From a virus (taxonomy: Duplodnaviria; Heunggongvirae; Uroviricota; Caudoviricetes), in IMG/VR virus record IMGVR_UViG_3300032516_000008, positions 29,092 to 93,091 of that record: a stretch of DNA of 64,000 nucleotides; one strand, 5' to 3'. The position numbers and the translations under genes were made by a program. Below are positions 48,597-57,121 of this stretch, piece by piece. The notes under the pieces were generated by a model. That model was not told the DNA's origin, made no database searches, and saw only the letters and a list, made by a program, of their open reading frames with translations. Each line of letters begins with the position of its first letter. Positions within the stretch are counted from its first letter, which is position 1.

Positions 48597-48933
48597 ACAT
48601 TTGTCCTTTCAATAATGTTGATTACTATGATTGTTTAGATCAGATTCAAATTTGACAGTAAATTGCGAAGGGCTTCATATTTAGAGTGATAGAATAAAAC
48701 AATGATCAATTACATGTGGTTTTTCTACGATTATAGGCGTGATTAATGTTCTTGGGAAATAATTGTACATCTTTTGATAATTTGATTATATTATACACAA
48801 GAACGATTTTCACTAAAGGAACGAAGATGCGAATTACCACCAGTACGTTTAATAATAACACGTACAGTTGTTGCTTTAATAGCAACAGCAAACTGGTGGA
48901 GTTCGTGTAGATAGATAACTCAAAATCTTCTAC

Positions 48934-48973
48934 TAAAAAAGCTCCACTGGCGAAAGTCAATGGAGCTTTTTTA
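48934..48973. terminator. bidirectional intrinsic terminator
   Basis: AAAAAAGCTCCA-ctggcgaaagtca-ATGGAGCTTTTTT. Confidence 0.7.
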
Positions 48974-48989
48974 TTGGGACGAAACTTAT

Positions 48990-49050
48990 GAAGTATGCTG
49001 CTTTAGCTGAAGCGGTCCAGCGCAGGTTTGAAACTTTTTTTATTGGGATG
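48990..49050 (+). pseudogene. degenerate 5'-half tRNA copy (tandem duplicate of the tRNA-Phe upstream unit)
   Basis: Repeat of TTTTTATTGGGAYGAA followed by a TAGCTGAAGCGGTCCAGCG D-arm-like segment, but no 3' half. Confidence 0.3.
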
Positions 49051-49053
49051 AAC

Positions 49054-49125
49054 GGAGACTTAGCTGAGATGGATTAGCGAGTGGTTGAAGCCCACTAGAG
49101 GACAGCTCGATACTGTCAGTCTCCA
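49054..49125 (+). tRNA. tRNA-Phe (anticodon GAA)
   Basis: Manual fold: acceptor GGAGACT/AGTCTCC, D-arm GCTG-AGATGGAT-TAGC, anticodon arm AGTGG-TTGAAGC-CCACT, T-arm GACAG-CTCGATA-CTGTC. Confidence 0.75.
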
Positions 49126-49196
49126 TTCTTCATGCGGTCAAGTTCTAGACTTTATCTTGTATTGATAGTTCGTAATGTACTAACAAGGAGTATATT

Positions 49197-50438
49197 ATGA
49201 ACATATGTAAATGCGGTAAATCATTCAAAAATGCAGGAGCGCATGCTATTCATCGTAATAGTTGTCTTTATGTTAAGCATCCAAAAGAATGTGAACTCAT
49301 TAGATCAGATTATAAAAATAAGTTGTTAATTTCAGATATCAAGAAAAAATATTGTTTCACAAGAAATGAAATTCATGCAGTTGTCAAAGACATATTACGA
49401 AGTGATAGCGAGACAAATAAAATTGCCCATACAAACCCTAATAGAAAAAAATATCATAATATCAATAGTAATTTTGCTAAGAAAGTGATGTGTGAAAAAT
49501 GTAAAAGAACAATTAGTGTTGTAAATCTTTATAAACATACTTGTGTAAGTGAAGAAGTTCGTGAAAGTATAATCAAGTTATATAATCTAGGCTTATCACC
49601 AAGGGATATAAGAGCGAAAGGATATGACAAAAGGGTCATTAGTTTTTCATTAAGTCATAAAAGACGATCTTTGTCTGATTCTATTAAAGCTAGATATAAA
49701 AATCATCCAGAGACATTTAAGCTTTCTAAAGCAACAAAAGATAAGATTAGACAATCAATATTAAAAGCTAGACAAAATGGAATTGCTTATAGTTGGACAA
49801 GAAAGAAGCCATCATATGCTGAAAGTAAATTTCACGAATTTTTAGTTAAGTTAGGATTGAAAGAAAATGTTGATTTTTTTACAGAATTTCCATTTTCTAT
49901 TTATAGAGCAGATTTTTATTTTCCAAAACATAAACTTGTAATTGAGATTGATGGTGAACAACATGTAAAATATGATGTAATACGAGAACGAGATAAACGA
50001 AAAGATGAATATTTGAAAAATCATGACATTAAAGTTTTAAGGATAAGATGGAAAGATGTGCATCATAATCATGAAGTAATTTATGATGAAATTAAAGACA
50101 TTTTGAATAATTCACAAAACTTTGAATTAAGACTAGATACTTTCACTAAAGCACAAGCTAGACGGTTACAACTATTGACAGAGTTTGAAATAAATCGTGA
50201 TCAATTAAAAATTGAAAAGCAACAAATAAAAAAGCTAGAGCAACAAGCTAGAACTGCACAACAAACTAAAGACATTTTACAAAGTGATTTTACAAAGCGT
50301 GGCACAGTCGAAAATCTTAGTAATAAATGGAATGTCTCACATACACAAGTTAGACGGCTCGTGAATAGATATATGACATGCTGTGCGGGCAACCGCTTAG
50401 GGGTTCGAGTGCCTTCTCGTCAGCCATTAGTTGCATGA
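49197..50438 (+). CDS. free-standing homing-endonuclease-like protein (N-terminal Zn-finger/NUMOD-like repeats + DUF559/Vsr-like PD-(D/E)xK nuclease domain)
   Basis: CKCGK...H...C motifs and a C-terminal YRADFYFPKHKLVIEIDGEQH...RDKRKDEYLKNHDIKVLRI. Confidence 0.6.
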   Translation: MNICKCGKSFKNAGAHAIHRNSCLYVKHPKECELIRSDYKNKLLISDIKKKYCFTRNEIHAVVKDILRSDSETNKIAHTNPNRKKYHNINSNFAKKVMCEKCKRTISVVNLYKHTCVSEEVRESIIKLYNLGLSPRDIRAKGYDKRVISFSLSHKRRSLSDSIKARYKNHPETFKLSKATKDKIRQSILKARQNGIAYSWTRKKPSYAESKFHEFLVKLGLKENVDFFTEFPFSIYRADFYFPKHKLVIEIDGEQHVKYDVIRERDKRKDEYLKNHDIKVLRIRWKDVHHNHEVIYDEIKDILNNSQNFELRLDTFTKAQARRLQLLTEFEINRDQLKIEKQQIKKLEQQARTAQQTKDILQSDFTKRGTVENLSNKWNVSHTQVRRLVNRYMTCCAGNRLGVRVPSRQPLVA

Positions 50439-50443
50439 TTTGT

Positions 50444-50520
50444 TGGCCCGTAGCTCAGCTGGCAGCAGCGAGCGGCTGTTAACCGCTAGGTCGTAAGTTC
50501 AAACCTTACCGGGCCAGCCA
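50444..50520 (+). tRNA. tRNA-Asn (anticodon GTT), CCA encoded
   Basis: Acceptor TGGCCCG/CGGGCCA, anticodon arm AGCGG-CTGTTAA-CCGCT, T-arm GTAAG-TTCAAAC-CTTAC. The D-arm is atypical. Confidence 0.7.
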
Positions 50521-50594
50521 TTTTTTTTAACTGAAAGGAGATATGATGACGTCCAAACCAATGCGCACTTAGTGGCGCTAACAAAGGAGTCATC

Positions 50595-50831
50595 ATGTCG
50601 CATCCGGTTAGCAAGAGAGATCGCTTTCTTGTTGGGGTCAAGAAGAGTAAGAAACGCGTAACTAACTTTTACACGTATCTTACGAAGTTAGAGCATCCTG
50701 AATGGGTTGCAAGAGCAGAACAGATGCGAAGAAATACTACAAAGACTTGTTCATGTAGCGGGTGCGGCAATCCGAGAAAGTATTTTGGTGAGAAAACAAT
50801 GCAAGAAAAACGTTACGGAGAGTTGGAGTAA
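50595..50831 (+). CDS. hypothetical protein (Cys motif CSCSGCGNP)
   Basis: ORF with GGAG ribosome-binding site. The 3' end overlaps the start of the tRNA-Ser gene. Confidence 0.35.
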   Translation: MSHPVSKRDRFLVGVKKSKKRVTNFYTYLTKLEHPEWVARAEQMRRNTTKTCSCSGCGNPRKYFGEKTMQEKRYGELE

Positions 50832-50901
50832 TGGTATCTCAGCAGTTTGCTAAACTGCCGACCGAAAGGTCTTGTCGGTTCGAATCCGGCACTCTCCGCC
50901 A
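50817..50901 (+). tRNA. tRNA-Ser (anticodon GCT), long variable arm, CCA encoded
   Basis: Acceptor GGAGAGT/ACTCTCC, anticodon arm GCAGT-TTGCTAA-ACTGC, variable arm GACC-GAAA-GGTC, T-arm GTCGG-TTCGAAT-CCGGC. Confidence 0.8.
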
Positions 50902-50921
50902 TTCTAGTCTTTGAGGATCTG

Positions 50922-51272
50922 ATGTGGATAGACGATAAAAGTGATGGTTGTGTGTATGACACAATTGATTGTAATAAGTGTGGCAATTGCGGTCGGAAGT
51001 TTGACATAGAAGATGAGGATAAATTGGACTTCATTGTAGAAAATGAAACAGTAAATATATCATTTCAGTCAATGAATGACATGTTACAGATGCATGTGCA
51101 TTGCGGAATGAAGTCCAAGAAGATACCGTTGCTATTAGAGAAACATCAAGTAACAAAGATCTTGAGTAAACTTGATGATCTTAAAGAAAGAACATTTGAA
51201 TCATTTGACTATTTTACAATGATAGTTGCAGGCTGTGCAGAAACAGTAATGAAAGGCGGAATGCACAGATGA
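50922..51272 (+). CDS. hypothetical protein
   Basis: The track ORF at 50847 starts inside the tRNA-Ser gene, so the likely start is Met at about 50922. Confidence 0.3.
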   Translation: MWIDDKSDGCVYDTIDCNKCGNCGRKFDIEDEDKLDFIVENETVNISFQSMNDMLQMHVHCGMKSKKIPLLLEKHQVTKILSKLDDLKERTFESFDYFTMIVAGCAETVMKGGMHR

Positions 51273-51658
51273 AACAGTATCCGTCAATTTCACATGATAT
51301 ACGATCGGTTCAAGCGTATGCGTTCGACAAACTTGATGGCTCGAATATTCGAGCGGAGTGGCATCCAAAAAAAGGCTTCTGGAAATTCGGTAGTAGAACA
51401 AGACTGCTCGGTACTGACCAGCCGTGGCTCAGTAAAGCAGACGAACTCGTCAAACATAAATATGGAGACGAACTCTCAAAGATTTTTAGGGCACAGCGGT
51501 ACGAGAAGGTCGTGGCATTTTTTGAATTCTACGGTGCAAACTCATTCGCAGGACACCACGTAGACGAGCAACATACAGTCACGTTAATTGATGTAAGTGC
51601 TCATCGACATGGTATTGTACCACCAAAGGAATTCGTGAAATTGTTTTTGCACAATTAA
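51269..51658 (+). CDS. truncated nucleotidyltransferase (RNA/DNA ligase-like) N-terminal fragment
   Basis: Motif I-like DKLDGSNIR and motif III-like VAFFEFYG. Only 129 aa, and it ends immediately before two tRNA genes. Confidence 0.35.
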   Translation: MKQYPSISHDIRSVQAYAFDKLDGSNIRAEWHPKKGFWKFGSRTRLLGTDQPWLSKADELVKHKYGDELSKIFRAQRYEKVVAFFEFYGANSFAGHHVDEQHTVTLIDVSAHRHGIVPPKEFVKLFLHN

Positions 51659-51661
51659 TGT

Positions 51662-51736
51662 GACGGCATAGCCAAGCTGGTAAGGCAGCAGTCTGCAAAA
51701 CTGTTATCGGGAGTTCAAATCTCCCTGTCGTCTCCA
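51662..51736 (+). tRNA. tRNA-Cys (anticodon GCA), CCA encoded
   Basis: Acceptor GACGGCA/TGTCGTC (one GU pair), anticodon arm GCAGT-CTGCAAA-ACTGT, T-arm GGGAG-TTCAAAT-CTCCC. Confidence 0.7.
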
Positions 51737-51743
51737 TATAAGT

Positions 51744-51816
51744 GCCGCTATAGCTCAGTTGGTAGAGCAACTGCTTCGTAAGCAGTAGGTCGGAGGTTCA
51801 AATCCTCTTGGCGGCT
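51744..51816 (+). tRNA. tRNA-Thr (anticodon CGT)
   Basis: Acceptor GCCGCTA/TGGCGGC, D-arm GCTC-AGTTGGTA-GAGC, anticodon arm ACTGC-TTCGTAA-GCAGT, T-arm GGAGG-TTCAAAT-CCTCT. Confidence 0.8.
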
Positions 51817-51886
51817 TTTCATTGACAATTGGCATGATTAATCGTATATTGGAATTTTCTATCATTCTATGTAAGGAGAAAATGAA

Positions 51887-52186
51887 ATGGTTATCTGTGA
51901 GAACGTGAAGACATGTGGAATTCTCAAGACAGCTACGGCCGGTAAAAACAAAAATGACAAGATGATTATTGCATGCGATCATGCAGCTGAGCACGAGCAT
52001 ACAGAAAAGTGCGCGAACTCAATGTGTCTGCGTTGCAGTCCGGCAGCATCAAACTGTGTTGAAGTGCTCAAACCGGTTGAAGAGGCACTTGTCGCTGCTG
52101 TAAATACAGTTATCGATGCACCTCACGTAGAAGCAGCAAAGACTGAACCGGATGTCATCGAACAACAACAGGGTTGTCCTGCTTAG
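51887..52186 (+). CDS. Cys-rich hypothetical protein
   Basis: ORF with ribosome-binding site AAGGAGAAAATG. Confidence 0.4.
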   Translation: MVICENVKTCGILKTATAGKNKNDKMIIACDHAAEHEHTEKCANSMCLRCSPAASNCVEVLKPVEEALVAAVNTVIDAPHVEAAKTEPDVIEQQQGCPA

Positions 52187-52326
52187 CATGGAATCATGAA
52201 GTTTTTCAATAAGGATGTAGCTATGTTGTAGATTATCGGCTTCACATAGGTGCACATACGAGCACCGCCTGATATACTTCTACGTTAATTGTCTGTCAAC
52301 AAACAACAATAAACTAGGAGTATATC

Positions 52327-52620
52327 ATGGATTTGACAATTCTTAAGAATGAACTCAAGACTAAAGCCCTCGAGATTCGACAGACTAAAGTCGAACTTTC
52401 AAAACCTCATGATGCTGCAAGCGCATTAAAGCAATGTCAATTGCACATAATGAAAAGTCATATTCGGCTCAAACATATTGCGTATTGTATTCTGAGAGGA
52501 ACGCCGTATGAGCGTATTGAAAAGCCTCGCGAAGGTAATGAGCCGAACATGGACATTGTTCAACAATTTATCCGGGAGATCCAACATGGACAAGCCAAAG
52601 ATGTATGTGCTTGTGCGTAG
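52327..52620 (+). CDS. hypothetical protein
   Basis: AGGAG ribosome-binding site. Confidence 0.4.
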   Translation: MDLTILKNELKTKALEIRQTKVELSKPHDAASALKQCQLHIMKSHIRLKHIAYCILRGTPYERIEKPREGNEPNMDIVQQFIREIQHGQAKDVCACA

Positions 52621-52891
52621 TGATCTTGCCGAGACATACAGATGTGTGCAAGGTACTCATGCATTAGCGCAATTCGCATTGAGATATCCTGAGGTATTTC
52701 GCCAGTGGAATAATGGGCATTTGATATTTTTGAGTGTCCGCTTTGCAAGTGGAATCGAACATTGGTCAAGTCTTTTGTGTTTGCAAAATAAATTGTCTGC
52801 GACATTTATTGAACCAGATCAAGACAATAGACCAACAGCTGTAGCTTGTTATGACACTGGTGAGATTTTCAAATCTCTACCGCTTGCATGA
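52586..52891 (+). CDS. peptidyl-tRNA hydrolase, PTH2 family
   Basis: KMYVLVRSDLAETYRCVQGTHALAQFAL matches the PTH2 pattern K.V.VVR.DL.M..GK.AAQ..HA. Length about 101 aa. GGGAG ribosome-binding site before the ATG at 52586. Confidence 0.6.
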   Translation: MDKPKMYVLVRSDLAETYRCVQGTHALAQFALRYPEVFRQWNNGHLIFLSVRFASGIEHWSSLLCLQNKLSATFIEPDQDNRPTAVACYDTGEIFKSLPLA

Positions 52892-52898
52892 TGGAAAT

Positions 52899-52970
52899 GC
52901 CTCGATAACTTAGCGGTCAAAGTGACGGTCTCTAAAACCGTTATCGCCAGTTCAAATCTGGCTCGAGGCA
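52899..52970 (+). tRNA. amber suppressor tRNA (anticodon CTA, reads UAG); short variable arm, discriminator A
   Basis: Acceptor GCCTCGA/TCGAGGC, D-arm ACTT-AGCGGTCA-AAGT, anticodon arm ACGGT-CTCTAAA-ACCGT (U33, anticodon C34 U35 A36), T-arm GCCAG-TTCAAAT-CTGGC. Confidence 0.7.
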
Positions 52971-53142
52971 TTTTTCATAGCTATTCTAATTGACTATTAT
53001 ACTATGGCTAAAAACATAAGCTGTAGAGTCTGCAGTAAATCATTCAATGTCAAAGAATCGACGCGTGTATACGGAGACATACCAGCAAATCACAGATGCT
53101 GTTCTGCGCGATGTTATACAGAATTTTTGAAAGGTGTAGATA

Positions 53143-53664
53143 ATGACGCCAGCACAACTAAAAGCACAACTAATTAGTCGAGTGCATCGTCTGAATGAGT
53201 TTCTTAAGATGCCAGAGACTCCTGACTGGATTATTGACAATGAACGGAAGTTTATTGAAAGGTCGTACCAACATCTAAAAGACATTGGTATAGACGCGCA
53301 GCAATATCTAGAATCTGACCAGGGTAAGACTGACTATCTCATGTATGCAGTAGATCATGACGGTCGAAATGCTGCAATAGACCGTTGTACTAGCTGTGAG
53401 CATTATGAAATGATTGATTTAGAAATTGGCAGAACTGATATTCAGTGCGAACTGAAAGTTGAATTGTTTCCTGATGCTTGTCGTGCTTTTCGTGAAGCAG
53501 AAGATTGTGATACACGATTTCAAATGATGTCATTAGAACGATGTCAAAATTGTCACAATGCTGTTATGGTCAAAGAATTTAATGACATAGAATTTCCTTA
53601 TTGCTCAAAAAAGCTAAATCGTATTAAAAGAGATTGTTTGAGTTTTGATCCAAAGGAATTTTGA
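53143..53664 (+). CDS. Cys-rich hypothetical protein
   Basis: ORF. Confidence 0.4.
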   Translation: MTPAQLKAQLISRVHRLNEFLKMPETPDWIIDNERKFIERSYQHLKDIGIDAQQYLESDQGKTDYLMYAVDHDGRNAAIDRCTSCEHYEMIDLEIGRTDIQCELKVELFPDACRAFREAEDCDTRFQMMSLERCQNCHNAVMVKEFNDIEFPYCSKKLNRIKRDCLSFDPKEF

Positions 53665-54332
53665 TGAAGCGATCTACTCTAATCGAATCAAAAATTCGAG
53701 CGTACAATCCAAAAGGCGATCTTGCACACACTGCTCGTTTAATTCTGGCCATGTGTGATGTGAATCATGTTTCTACAAAAGATCATTTGGAAAGAGTAGC
53801 ACTGCTTGCAGAAGCAACAGCAAAGAAACTGCGAAAAGATGCAAAAGCTGCCTTTTTTGCAGGTCTTCTACATGATGCCGGCAAACTTTTACTGCCAGCT
53901 CAGTTATTTGACGGACATAACATAGATGCAGTAGAATACGATAATGTAAAAACTCATGCCCAAGCAGGCTACAAGGCTCTCAAGAAGCTGCACATGTTCA
54001 CGGCTCTTTGTGCAGGTTTGCATCATAATCTTTACAAAGCAGGTTACGGTTTAGATCGAAATGCTTTTCCTGAGAATTGGTCACCGTCAACTATCAAAAA
54101 AGTTTTGGAAATTTCAACAATCATATCTATTTGTGATTTTGTGGATGCTTTTAACAACAGAAAAACAGAAATCAAAGACGGATCTGATAAAATTGAACAA
54201 CCGGATTTGAAAAGCATGCTGTATACAAAGTACGGAGATGACAAAGAAGTCGTCGATATTATTCTTTTTCTATACAAGACTTGTAATTTCAATACTTGGA
54301 CAAAGCATGTTTCACGTACCAAATCTGTATAG
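53661..54332 (+). CDS. HD-domain phosphohydrolase (HD-GYP-like features)
   Basis: H...HLERVA...LLHDAGK...GLHHNLYKAGYGLD (compare HD-GYP HHE..DG.GYP). Confidence 0.5.
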   Translation: MMKRSTLIESKIRAYNPKGDLAHTARLILAMCDVNHVSTKDHLERVALLAEATAKKLRKDAKAAFFAGLLHDAGKLLLPAQLFDGHNIDAVEYDNVKTHAQAGYKALKKLHMFTALCAGLHHNLYKAGYGLDRNAFPENWSPSTIKKVLEISTIISICDFVDAFNNRKTEIKDGSDKIEQPDLKSMLYTKYGDDKEVVDIILFLYKTCNFNTWTKHVSRTKSV

Positions 54333-54672
54333 ATTTCGAAAGCAAAATCATCCATATACGAGCGAAGACTCGGATGGTAACAATGGCGCATTTTTTGTGC
54401 CAACTACAAACTGCATGACAGTGTTTGCTATAGCTAGTGACGGTTATGGTTGGGAGCACGTTTCAGTGTCATTGAAGAATCGATGTCCAAATTGGATTGA
54501 AATGAGTGAAGTCAAAGATCTATTTTGGGATCAAGAAGATGCAGTTTTTCAATTTCATCCTCCCAAAAGTCTATATGTAAACCAACATCCTCATTGTTTA
54601 CATTTGTGGCGGCCAATAGGAATTAACATACCAATTCCTGATCCTGCTCTAGTTGGACTCAAAAATGTATAA
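54307..54672 (+). CDS. hypothetical protein
   Basis: ORF overlapping the 3' end of the HD gene. The start is uncertain. Confidence 0.3.
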   Translation: MFHVPNLYRFRKQNHPYTSEDSDGNNGAFFVPTTNCMTVFAIASDGYGWEHVSVSLKNRCPNWIEMSEVKDLFWDQEDAVFQFHPPKSLYVNQHPHCLHLWRPIGINIPIPDPALVGLKNV

Positions 54673-54684
54673 GGAGATGAAGGC

Positions 54685-54882
54685 GTGAAAGCAGTTTACA
54701 ATATAGACCCTGATCAGGGTGCTGTAGCGTTGCTTACTAAAGTAACGTTGCCCGGATACAAAGTGGTAAAAATTACTCGAAAAGGTAAGATCGCTACAGT
54801 AGAATATGATAAGGTTACTATAGGAATTCAAATACCAATTCTTGACTCTATTCTTGTTGGAACAAGTCGTGATTTGTCTTGA
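54685..54882 (+). CDS. small hypothetical protein
   Basis: TAAGGAGA ribosome-binding site, GTG start. Confidence 0.3.
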   Translation: MKAVYNIDPDQGAVALLTKVTLPGYKVVKITRKGKIATVEYDKVTIGIQIPILDSILVGTSRDLS

Positions 54883-55714
54883 ATGTAATAAAGTGGTTAG
54901 GGCAATAGTTTATAGACATTTACAGTCATGTTGTGGATTGAGTGTTAGAGAGTACAAGAAAAAGCATGGTGTAACTAAGATTGCTGATGATGACGTTCTA
55001 AATTCTTATGCTTGTAAAGACGAAAAGAATGGACGATGGATAGGACGAAAATTAGTAAAAAGCTTTTGTCTAGATTGTGGCAAGCAGTTGAAGAGGAGGC
55101 CGGGCCCAAAAGCGTCAGGATTGTGTAAGTCATGCGTTCAATTAGGAGAACGTAACAATTTTTATAATAAAAAGCATTCGTTAAAAGCTCGCGAGCAAAT
55201 GAAGAAGAATCATTATGATTGCTCGGGAGAAAATAACAGTTTCTTTAATAAGACGCATTCAACTGACTCATTACAACTTATGAGTCAGTCACATGTTGAA
55301 AATTGGAAAAATTACAGTAATGAGAAAAGATGGCAGATTTTAATAAATTGGATTTGCGCGGGCACAGCTAAACATTCAAAAACTTCAATAGAAGAAACTA
55401 TTAATTCAGTTTTGCTATTTCTTGGATTAAAAGAAGTTGATGACTATAAGAGGAACACTCAAATTGGTAAATACAATGTTGACTTTTTAGTGTATAAGAG
55501 GCTAATAATAGAGTGCTATGGTGATTATTGGCACAAGAATCCAAAATATCATAATTCATCAAATGATGAAGTAAAACGACTAAAAGATTTAGAAAGAGCG
55601 CGTTATTTAGAAAGTAAGGGTTATAAGTTTCTGTATTTTTGGGAAGATGAAATTAAAAATGACATTAAAAGTGTGACAGACAAAATGATAATGTTTTTAG
55701 AAAGTGAGAAATGA
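54842..55714 (+). CDS. free-standing homing-endonuclease-like protein (Zn-finger + NUMOD3-like repeats + DUF559/Vsr-like nuclease domain)
   Basis: CLECNK...C, CLDCGK...CKSC, repeated NNFYNKKHS / NSFFNKTHS motifs, C-terminal KYNVDFLVYKRLIIECYGDYWH. Paralogous to the C-terminus of the 49197 gene. Confidence 0.6.
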   Translation: MTLFLLEQVVICLECNKVVRAIVYRHLQSCCGLSVREYKKKHGVTKIADDDVLNSYACKDEKNGRWIGRKLVKSFCLDCGKQLKRRPGPKASGLCKSCVQLGERNNFYNKKHSLKAREQMKKNHYDCSGENNSFFNKTHSTDSLQLMSQSHVENWKNYSNEKRWQILINWICAGTAKHSKTSIEETINSVLLFLGLKEVDDYKRNTQIGKYNVDFLVYKRLIIECYGDYWHKNPKYHNSSNDEVKRLKDLERARYLESKGYKFLYFWEDEIKNDIKSVTDKMIMFLESEK

Positions 55715-56878
55715 ATGTTTTCATATAAAAAAGATCAATTTCGTGTGCCAGTAAAAGTCTGGATGAACGAAAGTAGCTATTATGCTGATGATGCAATGGT
55801 TAAACAAGTAGAGAATTTGGCAATATTACCTTTTGTATTTAGTCATATTTCTTTGTCTCCTGACGGGCACGTTGGCTACGGGATGCCAATTGGCGGCGTT
55901 ATGGCAACCAAAGGCGTCATAGTTCCAAATGCTGTTGGTGTTGACATTGGTTGCGGCATGTGTGCAGTTAAGACGTCATTGCAATCAATTGACAAAGATG
56001 AATTGAAAAAGACAATGGGAAGGATTCGTGAAGCAGTCCCTGTAGGATTCGAACATCACAAAGAGAAAATATCGTGGGAAGGGTTTGATCGAGCACCTAA
56101 TGTAGCAATTATTCAACAGCAATTGAGTACAGCACAGACTCAGCTTGGTACGCTAGGAGGTGGCAATCACTTCATTGAGATTCAAAAGGGATCAGATGGT
56201 TTTGTTTGGGTCATGCTACATTCTGGTTCTCGGAATTTTGGCTTGAAAATAGCCAATGAATATCATAAGAAAGCACAATGGCTATGCGAGAAATGGTATT
56301 CGAGTATACCCGACAAAGACCTTTCGTTTCTTCCAATGGAAACAAAAGAAGCACATGAATACTTTGATGTCATGAAGTTTGCACTTGAGTTTGCAAAAGA
56401 GAACAGATTTCGAATGATTGACGCAATAAAACAATCATTTGATATTTCAGGAATTACGTTTGATGAAACAATCAACATTCATCACAATTATGCAGCTTGG
56501 GAACATCATTTTGGTGAAGATGTCATTGTTCACAGAAAAGGTGCGACATCAGCCAGAAAAGATCAAATCGGATTGATACCCGGTTCTCAAGGTACAAAAA
56601 GCTATGTAGTACGTGGCAAAGGTAATGAAGATTCATTCATGTCATGCTCGCACGGTGCTGGTAGAAAAATGGGACGGAAACAAGCACAAAGAGAATTGAA
56701 TTTAGATGCCGAAAAGAAACTACTTGATGATCAAGGCATCATTCATGCCATTCGAAATAAAGCTGACTTAGATGAAGCTGCCGGTGCTTACAAAGACATA
56801 AGTGTTGTTATGGACAATCAAAAAGATTTGGTGGATATTGTAGTAGAACTTTCACCATTAGCTGTCATAAAAGCATAA
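55715..56878 (+). CDS. rtcB: RtcB-family RNA 3'-phosphate ligase
   Basis: VGVDIGCGMCAV, GGGNHF, HHNYAA, and SCSHGAGRKMGR metal/GTP-binding motifs. Length 387 aa. Confidence 0.85.
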   Translation: MFSYKKDQFRVPVKVWMNESSYYADDAMVKQVENLAILPFVFSHISLSPDGHVGYGMPIGGVMATKGVIVPNAVGVDIGCGMCAVKTSLQSIDKDELKKTMGRIREAVPVGFEHHKEKISWEGFDRAPNVAIIQQQLSTAQTQLGTLGGGNHFIEIQKGSDGFVWVMLHSGSRNFGLKIANEYHKKAQWLCEKWYSSIPDKDLSFLPMETKEAHEYFDVMKFALEFAKENRFRMIDAIKQSFDISGITFDETINIHHNYAAWEHHFGEDVIVHRKGATSARKDQIGLIPGSQGTKSYVVRGKGNEDSFMSCSHGAGRKMGRKQAQRELNLDAEKKLLDDQGIIHAIRNKADLDEAAGAYKDISVVMDNQKDLVDIVVELSPLAVIKA

Positions 56879-56890
56879 CTGGAGGAAAAA

Positions 56891-57088
56891 ATGAGCAAGG
56901 AGTCTCGGCGTAAAAGTGCTTTGACCAGAGTCATCAAGTATTTCACAACGGCAGTTGATGCTGGCAACAAAGACATGGCCGGCAAACACTTTGTAATTCT
57001 TCAAAGTACTGCTACAGCTCTTGGAAAGATAGAAGAAGTCAAGAAAGATCTGGCTGGCACAATTTCAAAGTTTCAGAAGATGACATGA
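56891..57088 (+). CDS. small hypothetical protein
   Basis: GGAGG ribosome-binding site. Confidence 0.35.
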   Translation: MSKESRRKSALTRVIKYFTTAVDAGNKDMAGKHFVILQSTATALGKIEEVKKDLAGTISKFQKMT

Positions 57089-57121
57089 AATCAACTAAAC
57101 TTTGCGCATCAAAACACAAGT

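Noticed and set aside
50813-52000. ORFs 50813..51034(-), 51579..51770(-), 51755..52000(-), 51294..51563(+)
   Set aside because: They overlap hand-folded tRNA genes or lie antisense to better-supported CDSs, so they are likely artefacts.
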